Of a stretch of 62,906 bases of DNA, positions 18,385 through 26,905 are shown piece after piece; position 1 is the first letter of the stretch; each line of letters begins with the position of its first letter. Under the pieces are notes generated by a model. The model was given only the letters and a program-made list of their open reading frames with translations. It made no database searches and was not told where the DNA came from. The stretch comes from an archaeon (GTDB lineage: Archaea > Thermoplasmatota > Thermoplasmata > WALJ01), in the NCBI GenBank assembly GCA_024278375.1, contig JAJRTH010000093.1, positions 1 through 62,906 of the forward strand, in the 5' to 3' direction. Made by a program: the position numbers and the translations under genes.

Positions 18385-20010
18385 ATGGTCGAGACGATAG
18401 GAGATTTGCTGAAAAAGCAGGCTGAGAGATTCCCGGACAGGTTGGCGGTGAAGTTCGGCGAAAGGGAGATCACCTATGCCGAGCTGGATGAGATGGTGAA
18501 CCGCCTCGCATACGCACTTTTCAAGATGGGTGTAAAGAAAGGAGACAAGGTTGGTCTCTGGTTGCAGAACATCCCTGAATGGGTGGTCGGCTGGTTCGCT
18601 GTTCCCAGGATAGGAGGCGTGGTCGTTCCCATGGACACCTGGTACAAGGCCTCCGAGGCTGAATACATACTCGGTCATTCGGAATCCGTTGCCGTGATAA
18701 CCTCCGAGAGGCACGGGAAAATAGATTTTGCGAAGATGTTGGGGGAAATAAGATCAAACCTTCCAGACCTGAAAAATGCCATATTTGTCGGAAATGCCCC
18801 GGAATGGGGCATGAGCTTCGAGGATGCCCTGAAGATGGGTGAGGAATGGGAGAAGGACGAGGGATATGAGAAAAGAAGGAGGTCTCTGAGCCTGGATGAT
18901 GTCACCTTCATCCTCTACACCTCCGGAACAACTGGAAAACCGAAAGGCGCCATGCTCACCCACTACAACATAGTTCAGAATGCGCTGGACACCGCCAACA
19001 ACCTGAGGGCCACCGAGGAGGACAGATATCTCGTTCAGGTGCCGTTCAGCCACTGCTTCGGCTGCGTTCTAGGCATAACCGCCGCGGTCAACAAGGCGTC
19101 CGCCATAATTCCCCTGCCCGTGTTCACACCAGAGAACAGCCTGAAAGCCATAGAGGAGAACAGGGCGACGATAGTCCACGGTGTGCCTACGATGTTCATA
19201 AGGATGCTCGAAATACTCAAGACAAAGAAGTACGACATGAGCAGTATGAGAACGGGCATAATGGCAGGAGCACCGTGCCCCGTGGAGGTCGTCAAGGCGG
19301 TCAAGACCGAGATGAACATGGACATACTCATTGCCTATGGATTGACCGAGGCATCTCCCGTGATAACGATGACGAGCTTCGATGACAGCGACGAGCTCAA
19401 GGCGGAAACCGTTGGAAAAACCATACCCGGAGTATGTGTCAAGATGGTGGATGACGAGCATAAGGAGGTTCCCATGGGAGAGATGGGAGAGCTTGCCTGC
19501 AGAGGATACAACGTGATGGTCGGATACTACAAGAGGCCCGAGGCCACTGCGGAAGCGATAGACGAGGAAGGCTGGCTTTACACCGGCGATCTGGCCACGA
19601 TAGACAAGTACGGCTACGTGCGAATAGTGGGAAGAAAGAAGGAGATGATAATAGTCGGCGGATTCAATGTATATCCAAGAGAGATAGAGGAGTATATCAG
19701 GGAGTTCGACAAGGTTCAGGATGTTGCGGTCGCCGCCGTTCCCGATGCCGAGCTCGGTGAGGTGGTGGGTGCGGCCATAATTCCGAGAGAGGGCGTTACA
19801 ATCGAACCCGTTGAGATCGTGGACTTCTGCTACGGAAAGATAGCGAGCGCCAAGGTTCCGAGATATGTCATAATCGTCAACGAGCTGCCGATAAGCGGAA
19901 GAGGAAAGGTTCAGAAGTTCCGCCTGACGGAGATGTTCAAGGAAAAACTGGAGAAAGGCGAGATGGAGAAGCTGGTACCGACCGCGGTTAAGAACAAAAA
20001 GAAAAGCTGA
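18385..20010 (+). CDS. AMP-dependent acyl-CoA synthetase/ligase
   Basis: 'ILYTSGTTGKPKGAML' AMP-binding motif. True start is 'MVETIGDLLKKQAERFPDRLAV' at 18385. The 227 upstream codons of track ORF 17704-20010 are spurious. Confidence 0.85.
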   Translation: MVETIGDLLKKQAERFPDRLAVKFGEREITYAELDEMVNRLAYALFKMGVKKGDKVGLWLQNIPEWVVGWFAVPRIGGVVVPMDTWYKASEAEYILGHSESVAVITSERHGKIDFAKMLGEIRSNLPDLKNAIFVGNAPEWGMSFEDALKMGEEWEKDEGYEKRRRSLSLDDVTFILYTSGTTGKPKGAMLTHYNIVQNALDTANNLRATEEDRYLVQVPFSHCFGCVLGITAAVNKASAIIPLPVFTPENSLKAIEENRATIVHGVPTMFIRMLEILKTKKYDMSSMRTGIMAGAPCPVEVVKAVKTEMNMDILIAYGLTEASPVITMTSFDDSDELKAETVGKTIPGVCVKMVDDEHKEVPMGEMGELACRGYNVMVGYYKRPEATAEAIDEEGWLYTGDLATIDKYGYVRIVGRKKEMIIVGGFNVYPREIEEYIREFDKVQDVAVAAVPDAELGEVVGAAIIPREGVTIEPVEIVDFCYGKIASAKVPRYVIIVNELPISGRGKVQKFRLTEMFKEKLEKGEMEKLVPTAVKNKKKS

Positions 20011-20081
20011 TTAACCTAACTCCAGCTCTCTTTCATTATTTTTGTGCCCGTTCTGCTTTTGCCTGTGGAAAGTCTGTCTTT

Positions 20082-21266
20082 TCACAGTTCTTCGAACTCC
20101 GCTCCGCATGCTATACATATCTCAGCATCGTCGTCGTTAATAGCGCCGCATACGGGACATTTCTTCTTTCCTTCCGGCACATCGCCTTCTTTCTTCTTTC
20201 TGCCCCTTCTGCCCTTCTTATCTTCAGACGGAGGGGGCTCCTCCGGTTTCTTCTCCGGCTCAGGCTCCGGTTCGGGTTCCACATGCTTCTCCGGCTCCGG
20301 TCTTCGATCCTCTTCGGCAGACACCGGCACTTCTGAACTCAGGGTTATGTTGACATTGACATTTTCCGGTTTCTCGTCCTCTTCTTCCTCCCCCTCATCC
20401 TCTATTATAACCGTCTTCTTCGTGTTCGCCCGCGGTATCACGGAGCCCTTTATAGAGACATTGGCACCGGTAGAGAGCGCTCCGTAGTACTCGACATTCT
20501 CCTCCACGGTTACTCCGTCTTCAAGAATGACGTCCCCGCCCGCGGATATACCCAGGACGTTGCAGTGTCTCCCGACCTTGACCTTTCCGTCCGCTACGAT
20601 CTCCTCGACGTTGCACTTTGCGCTCAGATGTACGTCTCCCTTTGAAATCACGTATCCTGCGACCTCGGTTCCGCTGGACAGCTTGACGGAGCCTTCGGCC
20701 TGTATAACTCCCTTTATCATTCCTTTGCTTCCAACGACTATGTCTTCTTTGGAGATTATATCGCCGTTGACCTCCACTTTCGTGCCGAGCACTATGCTCT
20801 TTTCAGATTCTATGGTGCCCTCGACCTGGGTCTCGTCCGGTATTGCGAGTTCTCCTCCTTTGACAATAAGGGCGCTCTTAACGCTCCTCTCCCTCATTAG
20901 TTTCTGGAGCTCTATATTCTCCTCTTTGAGCCGGTTTATCTCCTCCTGACAGTGGATTATCTCCCTTCTGAGCCTTGATATCTCCTCCTCCCTCTGCTTC
21001 TGTCTCTCCAGCAGGGCCTCGTCCTTTTCACCTCCTTCCCTTATCTTCTTCTGTAGAAAGGATATCCTTCTCTTTAGTTTGACTATCTCCTCGTCCTTTT
21101 CCTTTATCCTCTCCCACTTCTCCTTCAACATAACCTTCTTCTCGTTTTCGAGCCTTTTGACCTCCGTCCGGAGCCTGGCCTCGTTTTCTTTCAGTTTTTT
21201 AACAAGAGCAGCGTACTTTTTGAGCCTTCTTCTCAGATATTCTATATGCTCGGCTTCTTTCGCCAT
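20082..21266 (-). CDS. coiled-coil / bactofilin-like beta-helix / zinc-ribbon protein
   Basis: 394-aa ORF. It has about 130 aa of heptad-rich N-terminus, then a bactofilin-type repeat region ('VEVNGDIISKEDIVVGSKGMIKGVIQAEGSVKLSSGTEVAGYVISKGDVHL...'). An acidic/PEPE linker follows, and the C-terminus is 'CPVCG...CIACG'. Confidence 0.6.
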   Translation of the reverse strand: MAKEAEHIEYLRRRLKKYAALVKKLKENEARLRTEVKRLENEKKVMLKEKWERIKEKDEEIVKLKRRISFLQKKIREGGEKDEALLERQKQREEEISRLRREIIHCQEEINRLKEENIELQKLMRERSVKSALIVKGGELAIPDETQVEGTIESEKSIVLGTKVEVNGDIISKEDIVVGSKGMIKGVIQAEGSVKLSSGTEVAGYVISKGDVHLSAKCNVEEIVADGKVKVGRHCNVLGISAGGDVILEDGVTVEENVEYYGALSTGANVSIKGSVIPRANTKKTVIIEDEGEEEEDEKPENVNVNITLSSEVPVSAEEDRRPEPEKHVEPEPEPEPEKKPEEPPPSEDKKGRRGRKKKEGDVPEGKKKCPVCGAINDDDAEICIACGAEFEEL

Positions 21267-21324
21267 TTATTCACCTCTGTATGCCCGTACATCCCCCACA
21301 CAATATATAATATTTGCCCTCCGA

Positions 21325-22158
21325 TTACAAAACACAGCAGGTTTCTCTGGTTTCCCATTCATATCCATTCTCCTCCGCCCATTTTCTTGTTCTCTGTATG
21401 GGGAGAACTATGCCCGAAAAGCCTCTTTCTATGGCATGCTTCTCAATTTCCCAGTACTCTCCGGTTCTGGGCCTCATGCAACCGATTACTCTCTCCCCCC
21501 TGAACCCTTCCGTATAATCGATTATCTTCTTTATTTCCTCGATTGCAGGCGGCGTTATGTTCTCCATGGGGGTTCCCTCCGTGGGAATGATTATGTCTAT
21601 CACCATCTTTATGGCATTGCTCTCCTTTATCGCATCTATCGCCCTGTATTCGCCGAGTATTTTCCCGTGATGCAGACCTATGGTCACATGCGGGGAGTGC
21701 GGAATTCCCTCCTTGTCCAGGATTTTCAGTGCGTTCAGGTACTCATCCGCTCTCCTCTCCAGATGGTAGACGTCCCTGAGGGTCTCGTCCGCACCCACAA
21801 CATCCAGGGAAACCGTATCCGGACGCATTGTCTTAAGGGCATCTATGGTGCTCTCTCTGAGGAGGCCGACGTGCACGTTGATTTTGAAATTCGAGTATAT
21901 CCTCACCTTCCTTATGAGGTCTGCGAAGGGCTCTATCGGAACGCTGCCATCATCCCTTGCCCCCCCGCTCAGGAGAAAACCCTCCGCACCTTCGTCGGAT
22001 ATCATACAGAGAGCATCTATGAGCTGTTCCGGGGTTTCCGCCGGAATCATTCCCTTGAGATAGTGACGGGAACAGTGAGCGCAGTTGAGAGCGCAGTAGG
22101 CACCGGTCACGGAGATGGAAGGGAACTTCCTGCCAGGGACGTGTGCTTTGAGCTTCAT
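21325..22158 (-). CDS. radical SAM protein (BioB/LipA-like)
   Basis: 277-aa ORF with a 'CALNCAHC' CxxxCxxC cluster near the N-terminus and a C-terminal 'CCVL'. Confidence 0.65.
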   Translation of the reverse strand: MKLKAHVPGRKFPSISVTGAYCALNCAHCSRHYLKGMIPAETPEQLIDALCMISDEGAEGFLLSGGARDDGSVPIEPFADLIRKVRIYSNFKINVHVGLLRESTIDALKTMRPDTVSLDVVGADETLRDVYHLERRADEYLNALKILDKEGIPHSPHVTIGLHHGKILGEYRAIDAIKESNAIKMVIDIIIPTEGTPMENITPPAIEEIKKIIDYTEGFRGERVIGCMRPRTGEYWEIEKHAIERGFSGIVLPIQRTRKWAEENGYEWETRETCCVL

Positions 22159-22230
22159 GCAGGGGAATGTGCGGAAATATTTACCTTTATCTCTCTTCCC
22201 TGCGAAAAATTTATATCCTCATAAACATAT

Positions 22231-22590
22231 ATGGCTTCCGTGAGATGCTCCTGGGTGCTTTATCTGCTAAGAAACGTGGGGATCTGGACATGCATCATTG
22301 CGGGGATTCTGGCGCTCCTCTCCTTACTGGCCGATCCGAATCACTTCATTTATGCTTTCAAGGGCTCGCTGTTCTATTTCGGCCTCTTCCTGATAGTCGC
22401 CGGGGGACTCGTGGGTGCGGGGTTCTCCGAGGCCGTATACTACAACAGCGGACTTTACAGGGTCTCGAACCTATACATGGACACAATAAACAAAGGCAGA
22501 CCGGAGAGAAGAGACCGGCAGTTCTCGTTCACCGTTTATGCGCTCCTCGTGGGATTTATACTGATATTCCTGGCGTTTGCTCTGCCTTAA
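22231..22590 (+). CDS. small membrane protein, unknown function
   Basis: 119-aa ORF with about 3 TM helices. TATA-like 'AAATTTATAT' lies 15-24 nt upstream, so the transcript may be leaderless. Confidence 0.4.
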   Translation: MASVRCSWVLYLLRNVGIWTCIIAGILALLSLLADPNHFIYAFKGSLFYFGLFLIVAGGLVGAGFSEAVYYNSGLYRVSNLYMDTINKGRPERRDRQFSFTVYALLVGFILIFLAFALP

Positions 22591-22645
22591 GGGTTAGTTT
22601 AAAGTCCATAGAAAATTTTATATAGTCAGATTGATATCTATTCCT

Positions 22646-23035
22646 ATGAAGCGCCGTAAAGCGCGATTTCTAAGGAAAGCTGGCTTTTACACTCTGCTGG
22701 AGGCACTTATACTGGTTGGCCTTACCCTCGTTTCGTGGGGCCTCGATACAGTAACCGTCAATGTGCTGGCTGCCGCATTCCTGTTTGCGGGAATCTACGT
22801 CCTTGTAGGTTCTCTGGCTTTTTCGGGGCTTTTCCGGAAACCATCCTCTCCCCCCGCATTCGGCATGGGAGGTGTACAGAACCCGTATCTGGTAACGAGG
22901 GTTTATTCCCGTGGTGCCGGGGTGCTGCTCGGAGAAAGAATCGTAGAAAATGAAAGTGAGCCCGCCTCTTCACTCTACGGCTATTTCATGGGAACCGTTC
23001 TGTTCCTTCTCGGGCTTATGTTGGTCATGGTGTGA
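22646..23035 (+). CDS. small membrane protein, unknown function
   Basis: Start moved to the ATG 'MKRRKARF'. Contains 3-4 TM helices. Confidence 0.4.
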   Translation: MKRRKARFLRKAGFYTLLEALILVGLTLVSWGLDTVTVNVLAAAFLFAGIYVLVGSLAFSGLFRKPSSPPAFGMGGVQNPYLVTRVYSRGAGVLLGERIVENESEPASSLYGYFMGTVLFLLGLMLVMV

Positions 23036-23069
23036 GTGAAACCTAATATAACTCCGGTTATCAGCTCCC

Positions 23070-23699
23070 ATGCCCTCCAAGGGAGAGCTCGTCATGGAGC
23101 GCCTCATGCACCTGCATGAAGGCAGATTCGTCGGGCTTAAGCACGAAAATGTCTTCCAGCTTACCGTTGCCACAATACTTTCGGCGCAGACGACCGATGC
23201 CTCGGTGAACAGGGTAACGCCGGAGTTCTTCGGAAGGTTCCCGGATGCGAAAAGTCTGGCAGAGGCTGATGTTGAAGAAGTCAAGAAGTACATAAAGAGC
23301 ATAGGACTGTACAACACGAAGGCGAAGAACATCGTGGGGCTGGCGAGGATTCTGGTGGAGAGGTACGGTGGTAAGGTGCCAGATAACATGGAAGAACTCA
23401 CTGCGCTCCCGGGAATAGGGAGGAAGACCGCCAACATAATCCTATCAGTTGGATTCGATAAGACAGAGGGAATTGCGGTGGACACGCATGTCTTCCGCAT
23501 TGCCAGAAGGATAGGACTTTCAAACGGAAAAACTCCGTTGCAGGTGGAAAAGGACCTTCTCAGAGAGATTCCGAGAAAGTACTGGAAGTATGTCAATCAC
23601 ATACTGATAACCCACGGGAGGGCAGTATGCACGGCCAGGAATCCAAAGTGCGATGAATGCGATATAAGTGACCTGTGCGGGAGGAATGGGGTGGAATAG
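23070..23699 (+). CDS. nth: endonuclease III
   Basis: HhH-GPD core ('LTALPGIGRKTANI') and a C-terminal 4Fe-4S loop 'CTARNPKCDECDISDLC'. TAG stop. Confidence 0.85.
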   Translation: MPSKGELVMERLMHLHEGRFVGLKHENVFQLTVATILSAQTTDASVNRVTPEFFGRFPDAKSLAEADVEEVKKYIKSIGLYNTKAKNIVGLARILVERYGGKVPDNMEELTALPGIGRKTANIILSVGFDKTEGIAVDTHVFRIARRIGLSNGKTPLQVEKDLLREIPRKYWKYVNHILITHGRAVCTARNPKCDECDISDLCGRNGVE

Positions 23700-23736
23700 C
23701 AGGTGTCTTTTTTATATCTGAACTCGTTGCACTCCC

Positions 23737-24120
23737 GTGCCTCAGATAGTCGTCTTCGATGCCAATGCCCTGCTCATGCCCTTCCAGTTCGGGATAAACA
23801 TAGATATGGATATCGAAAGACTTGTTGGTGAGTTTCACGGGGTCGTGCCGAGCCCGATACTGGGCGAGATAAGAAAGTGCGGCGGAAGATGGGCAAAGGT
23901 AGCGCTCTCCCTTGCGAAGAAGTACGAAATTACGAGGACTGAGAACACGGGTGATAAGGCGGTGATAGAGATTGCCGAGAAACTCAATGGAATCGTGGTA
24001 ACGAACGATGAGGAACTCCAGAGAAAGCTCAGATTGAATGGAATACCTTATATCTATCTGAGAAGCAGACACAGGCTGGAGATGTGGAACAGGGAGGAAA
24101 TTGGATACATCAGACCATAG
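23737..24120 (+). CDS. PIN-domain nuclease, Fcf1/Utp24-like (COG1412 type)
   Basis: 127-aa ORF with GTG start. 'VVFDANALLMPFQF' N-terminal PIN acidic motif and 'VVTNDEELQRKL'. TAG stop. Confidence 0.6.
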   Translation: MPQIVVFDANALLMPFQFGINIDMDIERLVGEFHGVVPSPILGEIRKCGGRWAKVALSLAKKYEITRTENTGDKAVIEIAEKLNGIVVTNDEELQRKLRLNGIPYIYLRSRHRLEMWNREEIGYIRP

Positions 24121-24141
24121 ATTCTAGGTGTTCTCGCTACC

Positions 24142-24151
24142 ATTATATATA
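24142..24151 (+). promoter_or_regulatory. TATA-box-like element upstream of the R-M pair
   Basis: 'ATTATATATA' lies about 65 nt upstream of the TTG at 24216, which has an 'AGGAGG' SD 7 nt upstream. Confidence 0.3.
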
Positions 24152-24215
24152 GATAGAACATAGGGCCATATGTGATGCTAATTGATGGTTGTCTGGGTTC
24201 TCAGGAGGAAAAACG

Positions 24216-24845
24216 TTGTCAAGCAGATTGAGTGAGATATTCAAGGACGAGAAACTCGTAAACCGGATTAAAACGAAACTGCCTTATCTCTTTCAGCTTG
24301 CGGAGCTGGAAAGCTCTAGAGCTGGAAAGATAGGAATGGAAGTGGGCTCTCTAAGAGAGAGAATCCTCATAGCGCTCCTGATATACAAGTTCGGGGAGGC
24401 CAATGTGGAGATCCGGGCGATAACGGAACCGGAAGTCGATGTCTGGCTCTTTGGGAATCCGATTTCCATAAAGACGATAACCGGTAAGAGCCTCGGAGGT
24501 GTTAAACTAATATGGACCGTAGACGCACAGAAGGCTGCTGAGTTCAGAAGATATTATGTACCTTCGTGCGATATTCTGCTTGTTCGGATAAACTGGGGAG
24601 GCCTAGGTGGGTTTTACTACATCCCTCTAGAGGCCCAGAGGAAACTTCTCGAAGAGATAGGGAGAGAACGATATATCAAACTGCCCAAACCGGGGACAAA
24701 TCCGAGGGGAGTGGAGATAAGCAAAGAAGCCCTTAATGCTCTGGTAGATGATGGGCTCTCAGACTACATAGAGATAAGATGGGAGAAAAAAGAAATCGAT
24801 TATAATGCCTATAAAAGATGGGTGGAATACTGGGGGGAGGATTGA
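24216..24845 (+). CDS. putative type II restriction endonuclease (PD-(D/E)XK-like)
   Basis: Start moved to the TTG preceded by 'AGGAGG'. 'EPEVDVWLFGNPISIKT' fits an E/D...(S/E)xK nuclease core. Its stop lies immediately before the methyltransferase ATG (GAT TGA ATG). Confidence 0.5.
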   Translation: MSSRLSEIFKDEKLVNRIKTKLPYLFQLAELESSRAGKIGMEVGSLRERILIALLIYKFGEANVEIRAITEPEVDVWLFGNPISIKTITGKSLGGVKLIWTVDAQKAAEFRRYYVPSCDILLVRINWGGLGGFYYIPLEAQRKLLEEIGRERYIKLPKPGTNPRGVEISKEALNALVDDGLSDYIEIRWEKKEIDYNAYKRWVEYWGED

Positions 24846-25799
24846 ATGAAAAAGAATGGAAAGAGAAAAGGAACCGAAACCAGCAAATTCGGCGTTCCAG
24901 GCAGGATAAATCACGATTCCAGCAAGTTCTATTCGGGAAGGCTTTACGAGGGCCTGCCATCGGAAAAAAAGGTTGAGTACCATGAAAACGAGATTCCGGA
25001 AGAGAATCTGGACAGGATATTCTGCAAATCCAGCGAAAAAATGGAGGAATTGCCGGATGAGAGCGTGCATCTCATGGTAACTTCTCCGCCGTATAATGTT
25101 GGAAAGGAGTATGACGAGAATCTTACGCTTCAGGAATACAGGGATTTTCTGAAAAGAGTTTGGGCGGAAACATATAGGGCCCTAGTTCCTGGGGGAAGGG
25201 TTTGCATAAATGTAGCAAATCTTGGAAGGAGACCCTATATTCCTCTCAATTCTTTCATTATTCAGGATATGCTCGAACTGGGATTTCTCATGCGCGGGGA
25301 GATAATATGGGATAAAGGTTCGAGCGCCAGTCCATCCACGGCATGGGGGAGCTGGATGTCTGCCAAAAATCCGGTATTGAGGGATGTTCATGAGTACATC
25401 CTGGTGTTTTCAAAAGATACTTTCACCCGCGATAGTCTCAAATCATCCAGAAGCACCATTTCCAGGGAGGAATTTCTGGAGTTAACAAAAAGCGTATGGT
25501 CTTTTCCCGCTGTTTCGGCGAAGAAAATAGGGCATCCCGCACCCTTCCCTGTTGAGCTGCCCTACCGGTGCATACAGCTCTATACATTCAAAGAAGATGT
25601 GGTCCTCGACCCTTTCATGGGTAGCGGACAGACCGCAATAGCGGCCATAAAAACCGGAAGGCACTATATTGGTTATGAGATAAACGAGGAGTATGTGAGG
25701 AGCGCTCAAAAGAGGATCAGAGAATTTCTGATAGAGTTCAGATCGCCCAAACTAATAGATTACATAGATGGAAAAAACGATGCGAAAGAGGGGGTTTAG
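24846..25799 (+). CDS. DNA methyltransferase, N4-cytosine/N6-adenine beta class
   Basis: Catalytic 'TSPPYN' motif precedes the SAM-binding 'VLDPFMGSGQTAIAA' (beta-class order). TAG stop. Confidence 0.8.
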   Translation: MKKNGKRKGTETSKFGVPGRINHDSSKFYSGRLYEGLPSEKKVEYHENEIPEENLDRIFCKSSEKMEELPDESVHLMVTSPPYNVGKEYDENLTLQEYRDFLKRVWAETYRALVPGGRVCINVANLGRRPYIPLNSFIIQDMLELGFLMRGEIIWDKGSSASPSTAWGSWMSAKNPVLRDVHEYILVFSKDTFTRDSLKSSRSTISREEFLELTKSVWSFPAVSAKKIGHPAPFPVELPYRCIQLYTFKEDVVLDPFMGSGQTAIAAIKTGRHYIGYEINEEYVRSAQKRIREFLIEFRSPKLIDYIDGKNDAKEGV

Positions 25800-25852
25800 G
25801 TCCGAGGCATGTGATTTAGCATTCTTTTAAATCTCTGTGCTGTTTTGCGCCT

Positions 25853-26731
25853 GTGTCTTCCCGCTCCGCCTATCTCTATGCTCTCTCCGCCGTGTTGTTG
25901 TGGTCCACGGTAGCATCAGCGTTCAAGCTCTCGCTGAGATACATGGAGCCGCTGGCTCTGCTGTTCTATTCCTCTCTCATCAGCCTTTTAGTTCTTTTTC
26001 TGGTGCTGTTGTTTCAGGGAAGGCTCGGTTTTCTGAAAGGGCTCTCGAGATCGGACTGTCGCCACTATGCGCTCCTCGGACTCCTGAATCCCTTTGTTTA
26101 CTATCTCGTCCTTTTCAAGGCCTATGATATTCTGCCTGCTCAGGAAGCACAGCCGCTGAATTACACGTGGCAGATGGTGCTCTCTGCGCTCTCCATCTTC
26201 GTACTGAAGCAGAGGATGGGGCTGCGGAATGCTTCGGCTATAGGCATAAGCTTCCTTGGCATAGTGATGGTCTCCAGCAGAGGTTTCATGCTTCACTTCT
26301 CAGACCCCCTCGGCGTAGGCCTTGCGCTGGGGAGCGCCTTCGTCTGGGCATCGTTCTGGATACTCAACCTCAAAGATGGCAGGAATGCCGTGGAGAAACT
26401 CTTCATGTGCTTTCTCTTCGGTTCCGCCTATATCGGAGCGCTCTTCCTCCTCATGGGACCTTATGCGCCTCCTATCGAGGGTTTAATGGGTGCCGCATAT
26501 GTCGGTCTCTTCGAGATGGGTTTGACCTTCATACTCTGGCTCAGAGCCCTTGAGCTTTCGGAGAAAACCGCAGAGGTGAGCATGCTGATATATCTGGCTC
26601 CCTTCATATCTTTTGTGATAATTCACATCTTCGTCGGTGAAGAAATCCTCCTGTCCACAGTTGCGGGCACGATTCTGATCGTCTCAGGGGTCATTCTGGG
26701 CACCTGGAAGAGCAGTGCTAGAAACGGGTAG
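25853..26731 (+). CDS. EamA/DMT family transporter
   Basis: 292-aa, 10-TM ORF with duplicated EamA-like halves. GTG start about 25 nt after the TATA-like 'TTCTTTTAAATC'. TAG stop. Confidence 0.75.
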   Translation: MSSRSAYLYALSAVLLWSTVASAFKLSLRYMEPLALLFYSSLISLLVLFLVLLFQGRLGFLKGLSRSDCRHYALLGLLNPFVYYLVLFKAYDILPAQEAQPLNYTWQMVLSALSIFVLKQRMGLRNASAIGISFLGIVMVSSRGFMLHFSDPLGVGLALGSAFVWASFWILNLKDGRNAVEKLFMCFLFGSAYIGALFLLMGPYAPPIEGLMGAAYVGLFEMGLTFILWLRALELSEKTAEVSMLIYLAPFISFVIIHIFVGEEILLSTVAGTILIVSGVILGTWKSSARNG

Positions 26732-26735
26732 TGGG

Positions 26736-26760
26736 AGACCCCTTCATTTCGTGTGGAAAC
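26736..26760 (+). repeat. 25-nt dispersed repeat, copy A (AGACCCCTTCATTTCGTGTGGAAAC)
   Basis: Exact match to the reverse complement of 37095-37119. Begins 6 nt after the EamA TAG stop. Confidence 0.9.
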
Positions 26761-26828
26761 TTCTCGGGGTTCGCGCTATGGATTGCTCAATAAGCACGTT
26801 TTCCCTTAAAATCATGCGATATGGTGGG

Positions 26829-26834
26829 TTTTTT
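26829..26834 (+). terminator. T-run, possible archaeal terminator after the EamA gene
   Basis: 'GGTGGGTTTTTTG' lies about 100 nt downstream of the stop. Confidence 0.3.
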
Positions 26835-26863
26835 GTTTCAAGGCCCCGCTCCTCTTTTTATCC

Positions 26864-26878
26864 AAAAAGTCTATAAAG
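26864..26878 (+). promoter_or_regulatory. BRE/TATA-like element upstream of the coiled-coil gene
   Basis: 'AAAAAGTCTATAAAG' lies about 28-40 nt upstream of the GTG at 26906. Confidence 0.35.
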
Positions 26879-26905
26879 AATGGATGTTATGCCGGCGGGG
26901 ATACC

